64,000 nt of DNA from an uncultured Clostridia bacterium (GTDB lineage: Bacteria > Bacillota > Clostridia > Christensenellales > Borkfalkiaceae), in the NCBI GenBank assembly GCA_944367045.1, contig CALVWI010000010.1, positions 5,927-69,926 of the forward strand, given 5' to 3'. Under the pieces are notes generated by a model. The model saw only the letters and a list, made by a program, of their open reading frames with translations. It had not been told where the DNA came from and made no database searches. A program made the position numbers and the translations under genes. Shown in pieces: positions 19,685 through 27,769 of this stretch (position 1 is the stretch's first letter; each line of letters begins with the position of its first letter).

Positions 19685-20033
19685 GTTTCACCTCTTATTA
19701 TTCTTTCTCATACCAAAAGGTGGGAAGGTGGAATACAAAAAAATCCCCATTCCTCAGCAGGCCCAAGGGCTGCTTGATTTAAGCAAACCGATTACAATGC
19801 CATATGTTTATTCTAAATTTGCTCATTTGATGAAAGAAGCTCTCGGTGAGGAAAATCTCACGTCATATAATCTGCGACACACATTTGCGTCATTATGTGC
19901 AGAAAAAGTTCGTGAAGAGGTCGTAGAGATATGGATGGGAGACAGTCCTGAAAGGCTTGTCGGGAAGTAGTATATCCATTATTCGGATGAGTTTATGAAG
20001 GAGCAGATGAGCAAGGTGGAATTTTACCTGTAA
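19683..20033 (+). pseudogene. tyrosine recombinase (integrase) C-terminal fragment with in-frame stop
   Basis: ...SYNLRHTFASLCAEK...IWMGDSPERLVGK then TAG, then YIHYSDEF (catalytic-Tyr region). The N-terminal ~2/3 of a normal integrase is missing. Confidence 0.7.
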
Positions 20034-20153
20034 TATCTGTAACAATAATTCCCCAAAAATTCCCCAAAATTCGTGATTTAATAGCATTATAATGAAAAAA
20101 GAGCCCCATATATTGTAGATGTCGCACCAGACAAACACAATATATAGGGCCAA

Positions 20154-20229
20154 TGGAGCTACTGGCCGGACTTGAACCGGCGACCTGCTGATTACGAATC
20201 AGCTGCTCTACCGACTGAGCCACAGTAGC
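20154..20229 (-). tRNA. tRNA-Thr (anticodon CGU), CCA encoded
   Basis: Reverse complement GCTACTGTGGCTCAGTCGGTAGAGCAGCTGATTCGTAATCAGCAGGTCGCCGGTTCAAGTCCGGCCAGTAGCTCCA folds as a cloverleaf. Anticodon loop TTCGTAA. Confidence 0.9.
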
Positions 20230-20253
20230 ACCTGCGCTTCACAACGCTTGTCT

Positions 20254-20282
20254 ATTATACAAAATGCCCGCGGAAAATGCAA
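20254..20282 (-). promoter_or_regulatory. sigma-A type promoter for tRNA-Thr
   Basis: Minus strand TTGCAT-N17-TATAAT, ~18-nt leader. Confidence 0.6.
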
Positions 20283-20300
20283 GCGTTTTTCGCCCGTAAT

Positions 20301-21206
20301 TTATACTTTTTTTCCGCGAGGCACAAATAGTCTCACATCGCCGCGCTCGGCCGTCACCTCGATGCTTCCCTTCATGCCCTCCTCGCCGTCGAAGTCCCAG
20401 ACGACGTCATTTTCCGTCTCGATCTTGATGTGCTTTCCGCTCAACGTTACGATGTCCTTCTTCTTCACTCTGCAGCCAAAGAGGAAGAGCGTCGCGAGCG
20501 AAAAGTACTTGGTGAGCTTTTGGAAGAGGTTGGGGCGCGACGCCTGACGGATGACGACGACCTCGAGTTTTCCGTCCTTCATGCTGGCACTGCGGTTGAT
20601 GGGCCAGCCCGCGACAGAGCGCCCGTTGAGCACAAAGACGAGGACGGCCGAGCTTTCGAATGTCTTGCCGTCGCAGTCGATCTTTAGGGGAAAGACCTGA
20701 AAGTCGAGGTTGTGCAGGATGGCCTCCACGGCATAGGCAGCCGCCCCCATCACGCGCTTCAAGGGCTGCGGCGTGTTGTAGGTCGCGCTCGTGAACGCCC
20801 CTGCCGCCACGATATACATGGCGCGGCGCTCCCCCACCTTCATGCAGTCGAGCTTCTCCGTCCGCCCGCTTAAGATGACGTCGAGCGCGCCCTTGATGCT
20901 TCTCGGAATGTCGAGCGAGCGGGCGACGTCGTTGACCGTTCCCGTGGGAAGATAGCCGAGCGGCGTGGTGCTGCCCTCGGCGGCCTGTAAGACGTCGTTG
21001 AAGGTGCCGTCGCCGCCCGAGAAGATGACGGCGTCGTAGGCCTTGAGACCCGCCTTGACGCGCTCCATGAGCTCTTCGGGGCTCGTCGTTTGGACTGCAT
21101 CCACTTCGTCGTAATTGCGGTGCAGTCTGCGCTTGATATAGCCAAGCTTTTTGCCCACCCTGCCGCGGCCGCTGCCGTGGTGATAGAGGAAGAGACAGCG
21201 CATCAC
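20301..21206 (-). CDS. diacylglycerol/lipid kinase family protein (YegS/DagK-like)
   Basis: 301 aa. NPxSGxG-like HHGSGRGR and the DAGK catalytic motif FSGGDGTFNDV. Confidence 0.85.
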   Translation of the reverse strand: MMRCLFLYHHGSGRGRVGKKLGYIKRRLHRNYDEVDAVQTTSPEELMERVKAGLKAYDAVIFSGGDGTFNDVLQAAEGSTTPLGYLPTGTVNDVARSLDIPRSIKGALDVILSGRTEKLDCMKVGERRAMYIVAAGAFTSATYNTPQPLKRVMGAAAYAVEAILHNLDFQVFPLKIDCDGKTFESSAVLVFVLNGRSVAGWPINRSASMKDGKLEVVVIRQASRPNLFQKLTKYFSLATLFLFGCRVKKKDIVTLSGKHIKIETENDVVWDFDGEEGMKGSIEVTAERGDVRLFVPRGKKV

Positions 21207-22429
21207 TTGCGCCTCCTGCGGAGAATGTCGCCCTCTTGAAGGGCATACGGACAGTCAAAGGAGACGACTTCCTGCACGCGCTTGGCGTCAGGGCAGGGTG
21301 CGCCTGTGCTGTCCTTCATGTTGCGGACGGTGACCGTCTTTTGAAAGTGCTCGGAGGGAGAGAGAATTTCCAGGACATCGCCTTCATAAAAGCGGGTGCG
21401 CATTTCGGCAAAGACGCGGCCCTGTTCGGAGGCGCCTGAGGCGGGCTCATAGCCCCTGACGACGGCGATGAACTCACAGGTGCCCTTGGTCTGGGAATTG
21501 TCGTAGGAGACCGTCTCATGGTTGTCTCCGAGGGTGTAGGCGGTCGTGTAGTCGCGGTGCGCCGCGGCAGACAGCTCCCCTTCGAGTGCGGCGAGATCGC
21601 CCCCGTCCATGAGACGGCGGTAGGCGTTGACGACGGTCGCGAGGTAGTACTCGCTCTTCATGCGGCCCTCGATCTTGAAGGAGCAGACGCCCGCATCGGC
21701 GAGCTCAGATAAGTGCGCGCTCATGTTGAGGTCCTTGCTGTTGAGAAAATAGGTGCCCCTCTCGTCCTCCTGTACCTCCGTCCAGCCGTCGTTTTTGCTC
21801 TCCGAGGTGCGGATCTCATAGCGGTAGCGGCAGGCCTGCACGCACGCGCCTCGGTTGGAGGAGCGGCCGTCGAGGTAGTCGGAGAGAAGGCAGCGTCCGC
21901 TGTAGGAGATGCACATCGCGCCGTGGACGAAGGCCTCGAGCTCCATATCGGGCACATAGGCGTGGATGTCGGCGATCTCCCGGAGGGAGAGCTCCCTTGC
22001 GAGCACGACGCGGCTTGCGCCCAGTTCCTTCCACATCGCGACGGCCTCTCTGTTCGTCGTGTTGGCCTGCGTGGAGATGTGGACGGGAAGATGAGGCGCC
22101 GCCCTTCTGCACGCGCGGAACACGCCTAAATCGGAGATGAGCACGGCGTCCGCCCCCATCTCCCGGAGCGTGCGGAAGTAGTCCTCGAGCACGGAGAAAT
22201 CGGCGTTGCGGGCGAAGATGTTGCAGGCGATGTAGACCTTCTTGCCGAGCGCGTGCGCATAGGAGATGCCCTCGCGGAGCTCGTCGTCCGTGAAGTTATC
22301 GGCAAAGGTGCGGAGGGAAAAGTTCTTGCCGCCCGCATAGACGGCGTCCGCGCCATAATAGAAGGCAAGTTTGAGTTTTTTGAGGTTGCCCGCGGGAGCG
22401 AGCAGTTCGCAGTTTTTCATGGTCAACAT
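21203..22429 (-). CDS. peptidase U32 family protein (TrhP/YrrO-like)
   Basis: 408 aa. ELLAPAGNLKKLKLAFYYGADAVYAGG... typical U32 N-terminus. 4-nt overlap with the lipid kinase gene. Confidence 0.85.
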   Translation of the reverse strand: MLTMKNCELLAPAGNLKKLKLAFYYGADAVYAGGKNFSLRTFADNFTDDELREGISYAHALGKKVYIACNIFARNADFSVLEDYFRTLREMGADAVLISDLGVFRACRRAAPHLPVHISTQANTTNREAVAMWKELGASRVVLARELSLREIADIHAYVPDMELEAFVHGAMCISYSGRCLLSDYLDGRSSNRGACVQACRYRYEIRTSESKNDGWTEVQEDERGTYFLNSKDLNMSAHLSELADAGVCSFKIEGRMKSEYYLATVVNAYRRLMDGGDLAALEGELSAAAHRDYTTAYTLGDNHETVSYDNSQTKGTCEFIAVVRGYEPASGASEQGRVFAEMRTRFYEGDVLEILSPSEHFQKTVTVRNMKDSTGAPCPDAKRVQEVVSFDCPYALQEGDILRRRRK

Positions 22430-22453
22430 TGGGAAGTTCGCAAGGACAGGTGC

Positions 22454-23047
22454 TCAGCGCTTTTCGCTCACGGCGAGGCCCTCGCCGATCTTGAGGACGG
22501 TCGTTTCAAGCTCCGGGTCGTCCTGAAGGAACCGAAGGTACTCGCGGATGTGCTCGACGAGCATTTTCCGCTTCTTGGGCACGGGAACGCTGCCGTCTAC
22601 CCAGCCGAACAAGAGCACGTCGTCCGAGAGCAGCACGCCGCCCTTTTTCAAGAGCCGCTTGCAATCGGGAAGATAGCGGCGGTACTGCACCTTGGGTCCG
22701 TCGAGGAAGATGAGGTCGTATTTCCCTTCAAGGAGAGGCAGGATGTCGCCCGCGTCTCCTTCATGGAGCGTCGCGCGCCCCTCCACGCCGAAGTGACGGA
22801 AGTTTTCGCGCGCCGACTTTGCCCGCTCTGCGTCGAGTTCGATGGCGGTGAGCGTCGCCTCGGGGGCCTCTAAGAGCATATAAATCGAGGTGAGACCCTC
22901 CGCCGCACCTATTTCAAGGATATGCTTTGGCTTTCGCTCGCGGACAATTTTGAGGAGGTAGGAAAGCGTGTCGTCGGGCACGGTGGGATCGCGGCCCCCC
23001 TTCGCCCGTTCGCGGAGCGCGGAGAGCTCTTTGAAAAGTTCGTTCAT
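22454..23047 (-). CDS. class I SAM-dependent O-methyltransferase (YrrM/TrmR-like)
   Basis: ILEIGAAEGLTSIYM (motif I), DLIFLDGPK; collinear by eye with B. subtilis YrrM as recalled. The ATG at 23047 is preferred over the TTG at 23089, which lies inside the rnj terminator hairpin. Confidence 0.8.
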   Translation of the reverse strand: MNELFKELSALRERAKGGRDPTVPDDTLSYLLKIVRERKPKHILEIGAAEGLTSIYMLLEAPEATLTAIELDAERAKSARENFRHFGVEGRATLHEGDAGDILPLLEGKYDLIFLDGPKVQYRRYLPDCKRLLKKGGVLLSDDVLLFGWVDGSVPVPKKRKMLVEHIREYLRFLQDDPELETTVLKIGEGLAVSEKR

Positions 23048-23085
23048 ACAATACAGTAAGACCGCGGCGTGCGCGGTCTTTTCAT

Positions 23086-25188
23086 TCAAAGCTCCTGCAC
23101 GACGGGAAGGATCATGGGAGACTGTTTGGTCTTTTTGAAGAGGTGGTTCTTGACGGCGCGCTTTAAGGAAGCGGCGATGTCGGAGGCGGCCGTCTGCGCG
23201 TTCACGCTGTCGAGCGTCTTTTCGACGACGTTTTTAAGCTCGCGCATCGAGGACTGCTCGTCCTGGAACACGAGGCCACGGCATTCGATGTCGGGATCGC
23301 CCAAAATGACGCCGTTTGAGAGCACGACGGAGATGACCACGAGGCCCTCCTCGGACATTCTGAGACGGTCCTTGAGCGCCTCGCTCCTGCCGAAGTCCTC
23401 GAAGCCTTCGCCGTCGATGAGGCGGGCGCCCGCGGGGAAGCTCTCGCCCTGACGCAGGCTGTCGTCCGTCACCTCGACGCAGGTGCCGATGTCGGGGATG
23501 AAGATGCGCGAGGACGGCATCCCGAGCTCCTCGGCAAGCAGCGCGTGGCGCTTCAAGTGGCGGTATTCGCCGTGCACGGGGATGAAGAACTTGGGGTCAA
23601 GCAGCGTGTGCAGGATCTTGTGCTCCTCCTGGCAGGCGTGGCCGGAGACGTGGATCTTCTCGAGACTCTCATACACGACGTTGGCGCCCTTCTTGTAGAG
23701 GTTATTGATGACGCTGTAGATCATGCGCTCGTTCCCGGGGATGGGGCTCGCGGAGATGATGATGGTGTCGTTGGAGCCGATGGTCACCTTGTTGAACTCG
23801 CCTGCGGCCATGCGGGTGAGCGCGCTCATGGGCTCGCCCTGAGAGCCCGTCGAGATGATGACGATCTCTCTATCGAAGTAGTTCTTGGTCTTTTCGACGT
23901 CGACGAGCACGCCCTCGGGGATGGTCATCTCCCCGATCTTGAGCGCGGCCTCCACGACGTTGAACATGCTTCTGCCCGAGAAGGCGACTTTCCGACGGAA
24001 CTTGACGGCGATGTCGATGATCTGCTGAAGCCTGTGCACGTTGGAGGCGAACGTCGCAATGATGATGCGGCGGTCGGCGTTTTCGGCAAAGAGGTGCTCG
24101 AGCGTCGTCCCCACCACCTTTTCGCTCATCGTGTAGCCGGGGCGCTCGATGTTGGTGGACTCGCCGAGGTATAAGAGCACGCCCTTTTTGCCGTATTCGG
24201 CGATCTCCGCAAGGTCGATGGGCCTGCCCGCGACGGGAGTTAAGTCGATCTTGAAGTCGCCGCTGTGGAAGATGATGCCGTAGGGCGTCTCGATGGCGAG
24301 CGCCATTGCACCCGCAATGGAGTGGTTGACGTTGACGAAATTGACGGTAAATACCCCCGCTTTCACGCGATCATGGGGCGCGACGGTCTGCTCGACAACG
24401 TTGTTGAGGCGGTGCTCGCGCAGCTTGTTGTCGACGAGCGCGAGCGTCAACTTGGAGCCGTAGACGGGCGTCGAAGGCAGTAGTTCCTTCATGAGATAGG
24501 GAACGCCGCCGATGTGGTCCTCATGCCCGTGCGTCAGAAAGACGCCGCGCACCTTGTTCTTGTTCTGGACGAGGTAGGTGATATCGGGGAACACGAGGTC
24601 GATGCCCGGCATTTCCTCCGTCGGGAAGATGATGCCCGCATCGATGACGATGATGTCGTTGCCGTACTCGATGGCGGTCATGTTCTTGCCGATCTCGCCG
24701 ACGCCGCCGAAGAAGAGCACCTTGATGGGCTTCTTCTTTTTGCCGCGCGGCTGCTTTTCCTTCTGAGGCTGGCCCTTCTGCGCCTTTGCGGCAGGCTGGG
24801 CTTTTTCGGGCTGCTGCTTTTTGGCCGCCGTCTTCTGCGGCTGTTTGGGAGCAGCGGCGGGTGCGGCCTCCGTCTTTTCGGGGAGCTTCGTCCCCTTTCC
24901 CTTGGCGCGGGAGCGGCGCTTCGGGGTATATCCAGCCTCCTCCATCGCTTCCTTCGTGAAGAGCTTTTGTTCGTTTCTCTCTTCGCCCTTTTCGCTCTGA
25001 GCGGCGTTCTTTTTCGCCTGTTCGCGGTTGTATGCTTCGATGCCGTTCAAAATGGCCAGCTCGATGGCGCTCCGCCCTTCCTGTTTCTTGTCTTTCTCCA
25101 AAAATGGCTCCTTTGCCCGCGGCACAACAAATAAGAGAGAAAAGACCTCTCCTTTCCCTGTTTTGCCGATGCCGTCGGGCGCTATCAT
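23086..25188 (-). CDS. rnj: ribonuclease J with a long Lys/Ala/Gln/Pro-rich N-terminal extension
   Basis: Metallo-beta-lactamase/beta-CASP core from ~aa 155 (FFGGVGEIGKNM..., HGHEDHIGG). Start uncertain: ATG 25188 lacks an SD, while TTG 25101 follows AAGGAG-N6. Confidence 0.88.
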   Translation of the reverse strand: MIAPDGIGKTGKGEVFSLLFVVPRAKEPFLEKDKKQEGRSAIELAILNGIEAYNREQAKKNAAQSEKGEERNEQKLFTKEAMEEAGYTPKRRSRAKGKGTKLPEKTEAAPAAAPKQPQKTAAKKQQPEKAQPAAKAQKGQPQKEKQPRGKKKKPIKVLFFGGVGEIGKNMTAIEYGNDIIVIDAGIIFPTEEMPGIDLVFPDITYLVQNKNKVRGVFLTHGHEDHIGGVPYLMKELLPSTPVYGSKLTLALVDNKLREHRLNNVVEQTVAPHDRVKAGVFTVNFVNVNHSIAGAMALAIETPYGIIFHSGDFKIDLTPVAGRPIDLAEIAEYGKKGVLLYLGESTNIERPGYTMSEKVVGTTLEHLFAENADRRIIIATFASNVHRLQQIIDIAVKFRRKVAFSGRSMFNVVEAALKIGEMTIPEGVLVDVEKTKNYFDREIVIISTGSQGEPMSALTRMAAGEFNKVTIGSNDTIIISASPIPGNERMIYSVINNLYKKGANVVYESLEKIHVSGHACQEEHKILHTLLDPKFFIPVHGEYRHLKRHALLAEELGMPSSRIFIPDIGTCVEVTDDSLRQGESFPAGARLIDGEGFEDFGRSEALKDRLRMSEEGLVVISVVLSNGVILGDPDIECRGLVFQDEQSSMRELKNVVEKTLDSVNAQTAASDIAASLKRAVKNHLFKKTKQSPMILPVVQEL

Positions 25189-25386
25189 AGTTTTGTATTT
25201 ATCTTTTCACGCTCTCAGCGTGAACCATTCTAAATGCCGATGGCCCAAACGCAGGGCCGTTTCCTCTATTTTACACGAAAATCGCATAAAAGTAAATATC
25301 TTTTCCCCTGAATTTTGCGCAGAATTTGTAAATTTTCCCATATTTTGTACCGTGAGCGGCGAATTTGAAAAAATGTCGTCAAATGC

Positions 25387-25415
25387 TTGCCAAACGCAGC
25401 GAGAAGGTCTATAAT
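25387..25415 (+). promoter_or_regulatory. sigma-A type promoter for serC-serA
   Basis: TTGCCA-N17-TATAAT, ~75-nt leader. Confidence 0.6.
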
Positions 25416-25492
25416 AATTTATGAAAACTTATGCGTGGAAATCGGCGGGATTATGCGGTTTTCACGAATAATTTTATATTTGGGAGGTAATT

Positions 25493-26569
25493 ATGAGAGC
25501 TTATAACTTTTCCGCAGGCCCTTCCCAGCTCCCCCTTGAGGTCCTTGAGGAAGCGCAGAAGGAGTTCCTTGATTTTGCGGGCACGGGGATGTCCGTCACG
25601 GAGATCTCGCACCGCAACAAGAAGTTTGAAGAGATCGTCAACGAAGGCACGGCGCTTCTGCGTGAGCTTCTGAACATTCCCGACGACTATGCGGTCATCT
25701 TCGTGCAGGGCGGCGCGAGCCAGCAGTTCGCGGCGGTTCCCCTCAACCTCATGCACAAGGGCAAGGCCGACTATGTGGTGACGGGCAACTTCGCCAAGAA
25801 GGCCTTCCAGGAGGGCAAGATCTACGGTGATGCTGCCTGCGTTGCCTCCTCCGAGGATAAGACTTATACCTATATCCCCGATGTCAAATCGATCCCCTTC
25901 CGCGAGGATACCGACTATGTGCACATCTGCGCAAACAACACCATCTTCGGCACGCGCTATATCGAGTTCCCCGAGACCAAGGCGCCCCTCGTTGCGGATA
26001 TGTCCTCGGACATTCTTTCGCGCGAGATCGACGTTTCGAAATTCGGCGTCATCTATGCGGGCGCACAGAAGAACCTCGCTCCTGCGGGCGTGACGCTCGT
26101 CATCGCCAAGCGCGACCTCATTCAGGAGCCCCTCTCCATCTGCCCCACCATGCTCAAGTGGAAGGTGCAGGACGAGAACAACAGCCTCTATAACACCCCT
26201 CCCTGCTTCTCCATCTACATGGCGACGCTCGTGCTGCGCCGTCTGAAGAGACTGGGCGGCATCAAGGCCATCAACGAGATCAACGAGTACAAGGCGGGGC
26301 TTCTCTATGACTTCATCGACAACTCCGATTTCTACACGAACAATGTCGAGAAGAAGTACCGCTCCATCATGAACGTGCCATTCGTCACGCCCGATAAGGA
26401 CCTCGACGCGGCCTTCATCAAGGGGGCGACCGAGCGCGGCCTCGTCTCCCTGAAGGGGCACAGGCTCGTGGGCGGCATGCGCGCGTCCATCTACAACGCG
26501 ATGCCTGTCGAGGGCGTCAAGGCGCTCATCGAATACATGAAAGAGTTTGAAAAGGAGAACAAGGCATGA
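25493..26569 (+). CDS. serC: phosphoserine aminotransferase
   Basis: 358 aa. YNFSAGPSQLPLEVLEEAQKEF..., GGMRASIYNAMP. Confidence 0.93.
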   Translation: MRAYNFSAGPSQLPLEVLEEAQKEFLDFAGTGMSVTEISHRNKKFEEIVNEGTALLRELLNIPDDYAVIFVQGGASQQFAAVPLNLMHKGKADYVVTGNFAKKAFQEGKIYGDAACVASSEDKTYTYIPDVKSIPFREDTDYVHICANNTIFGTRYIEFPETKAPLVADMSSDILSREIDVSKFGVIYAGAQKNLAPAGVTLVIAKRDLIQEPLSICPTMLKWKVQDENNSLYNTPPCFSIYMATLVLRRLKRLGGIKAINEINEYKAGLLYDFIDNSDFYTNNVEKKYRSIMNVPFVTPDKDLDAAFIKGATERGLVSLKGHRLVGGMRASIYNAMPVEGVKALIEYMKEFEKENKA

Positions 26570-27717
26570 AGATCTTAAAGCTCAACTCCATCTCCCCCGC
26601 CGCAGACGAGACCTTCCGCGGCTATGAGTATTCCGATTCCGTTGAAAACCCCGACGGCATCATCCTTCGTTCCTTTTCGATGCACGACTATCCCCTCGGG
26701 GATAACCTGCTCGCCGTGGCGCGTGCGGGCGCGGGCGTCAACAACATCCCCATCGACAAGTGCACCGAGCAGGGCATCGTCGTGTTCAACACCCCGGGCG
26801 CCAACGCCAATGCGGTGAAGGAGCTCGTCCTCTGCGAACTCTTCCTCGGCGGCAGAAAGATCGTCGACGGCGCCAACTGGGTGCAGTCCCTGAAGGGACA
26901 AGAGGGCGTCGGCAAGCTCGTTGAGAAGGGCAAGGGCAAGTTTGCGGGGCAGGAGGTCATGAAGAAGACGCTCGGTGTCATCGGCCTCGGCGCGATCGGT
27001 GCGATGGTCGCCAACGCCGCCATCGACCTCGGTATGTCCGTCATGGGGTACGACCCTTTCATCTCCGTCAAGAACGCATGGCTCATCAACAACCGCGTCA
27101 AGTTCACGTCCGAGCTCTCCGCGATCTTCGCAAACTGCGACTTCATCACGCTGCACGTTCCCCTCACGCCCGACACGAAGGGCATGATCAATAAGGATGC
27201 CATCGCTGCCTGCAAGGACGGCGTCGTCATCATCAACAATGCGCGCGGCGACCTCGTCGATTCGGACGCCATGATCGAAGCCGTTGCAAGCAGCAAGGTG
27301 GCGCGCTATATCACCGACTTCCCCGATGAGAAGCTCTTGGGGCACGAGAACATCCTCTGCGTCCCCCACCTCGGTGCCAGCACGCCCGAGGCCGAGGACA
27401 ACTGCGCCTACATGGCCGCCAAGCAGCTCACCGACTATCTCGAGAACGGCAACATCGTCAACAGCGTCAACTACCCTGCCGTGTCCATGCCGAGAACGAG
27501 CGTCTCGCGCGTGTGCGTGCACCACAAGAACGTCAAGGAGATCCTCTCCAAGATCCTCGCGATCGTCTCCTCGCAGGGCATCAATATCGCCCATATGCAG
27601 GACCAGAGCCGCGGCGAGTACGCCTACCTTGTGCTCGACCTCGACGACAAGCTCAGCCCCGAAGCGGTCGAACTCATCCGCCGCGTCTCGGGCGTTATCC
27701 GCGTCCGCGTCCTCTAA
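26566..27717 (+). CDS. serA: D-3-phosphoglycerate dehydrogenase (with C-terminal ACT domain)
   Basis: 383 aa. GVIGLGAIG NAD site, 2-hydroxyacid dehydrogenase core, ACT-like tail. 4-nt overlap with serC. Confidence 0.88.
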   Translation: MKILKLNSISPAADETFRGYEYSDSVENPDGIILRSFSMHDYPLGDNLLAVARAGAGVNNIPIDKCTEQGIVVFNTPGANANAVKELVLCELFLGGRKIVDGANWVQSLKGQEGVGKLVEKGKGKFAGQEVMKKTLGVIGLGAIGAMVANAAIDLGMSVMGYDPFISVKNAWLINNRVKFTSELSAIFANCDFITLHVPLTPDTKGMINKDAIAACKDGVVIINNARGDLVDSDAMIEAVASSKVARYITDFPDEKLLGHENILCVPHLGASTPEAEDNCAYMAAKQLTDYLENGNIVNSVNYPAVSMPRTSVSRVCVHHKNVKEILSKILAIVSSQGINIAHMQDQSRGEYAYLVLDLDDKLSPEAVELIRRVSGVIRVRVL

Positions 27718-27728
27718 ATGACAATAAG

Positions 27729-27761
27729 AAAAGCGCCGTCCCCCTCGGGACGGCGTTTTTG
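27729..27761. terminator. bidirectional terminator between serA and the M3 peptidase gene
   Basis: CGCCGTCCC-cctc-GGGACGGCG flanked by an A-run and TTTTT. Confidence 0.7.
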
Positions 27762-27769
27762 TATGCGCT

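Larger units (their letters stand above)
18624..20178. mobile_element. decayed tRNA-Thr-integrated element (~1.55 kb) bounded by 25-nt direct repeats
   Basis: Direct repeats, visibly AT-richer content, an integrase fragment next to the tRNA, and repeated short motifs in both arms. Confidence 0.7.
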
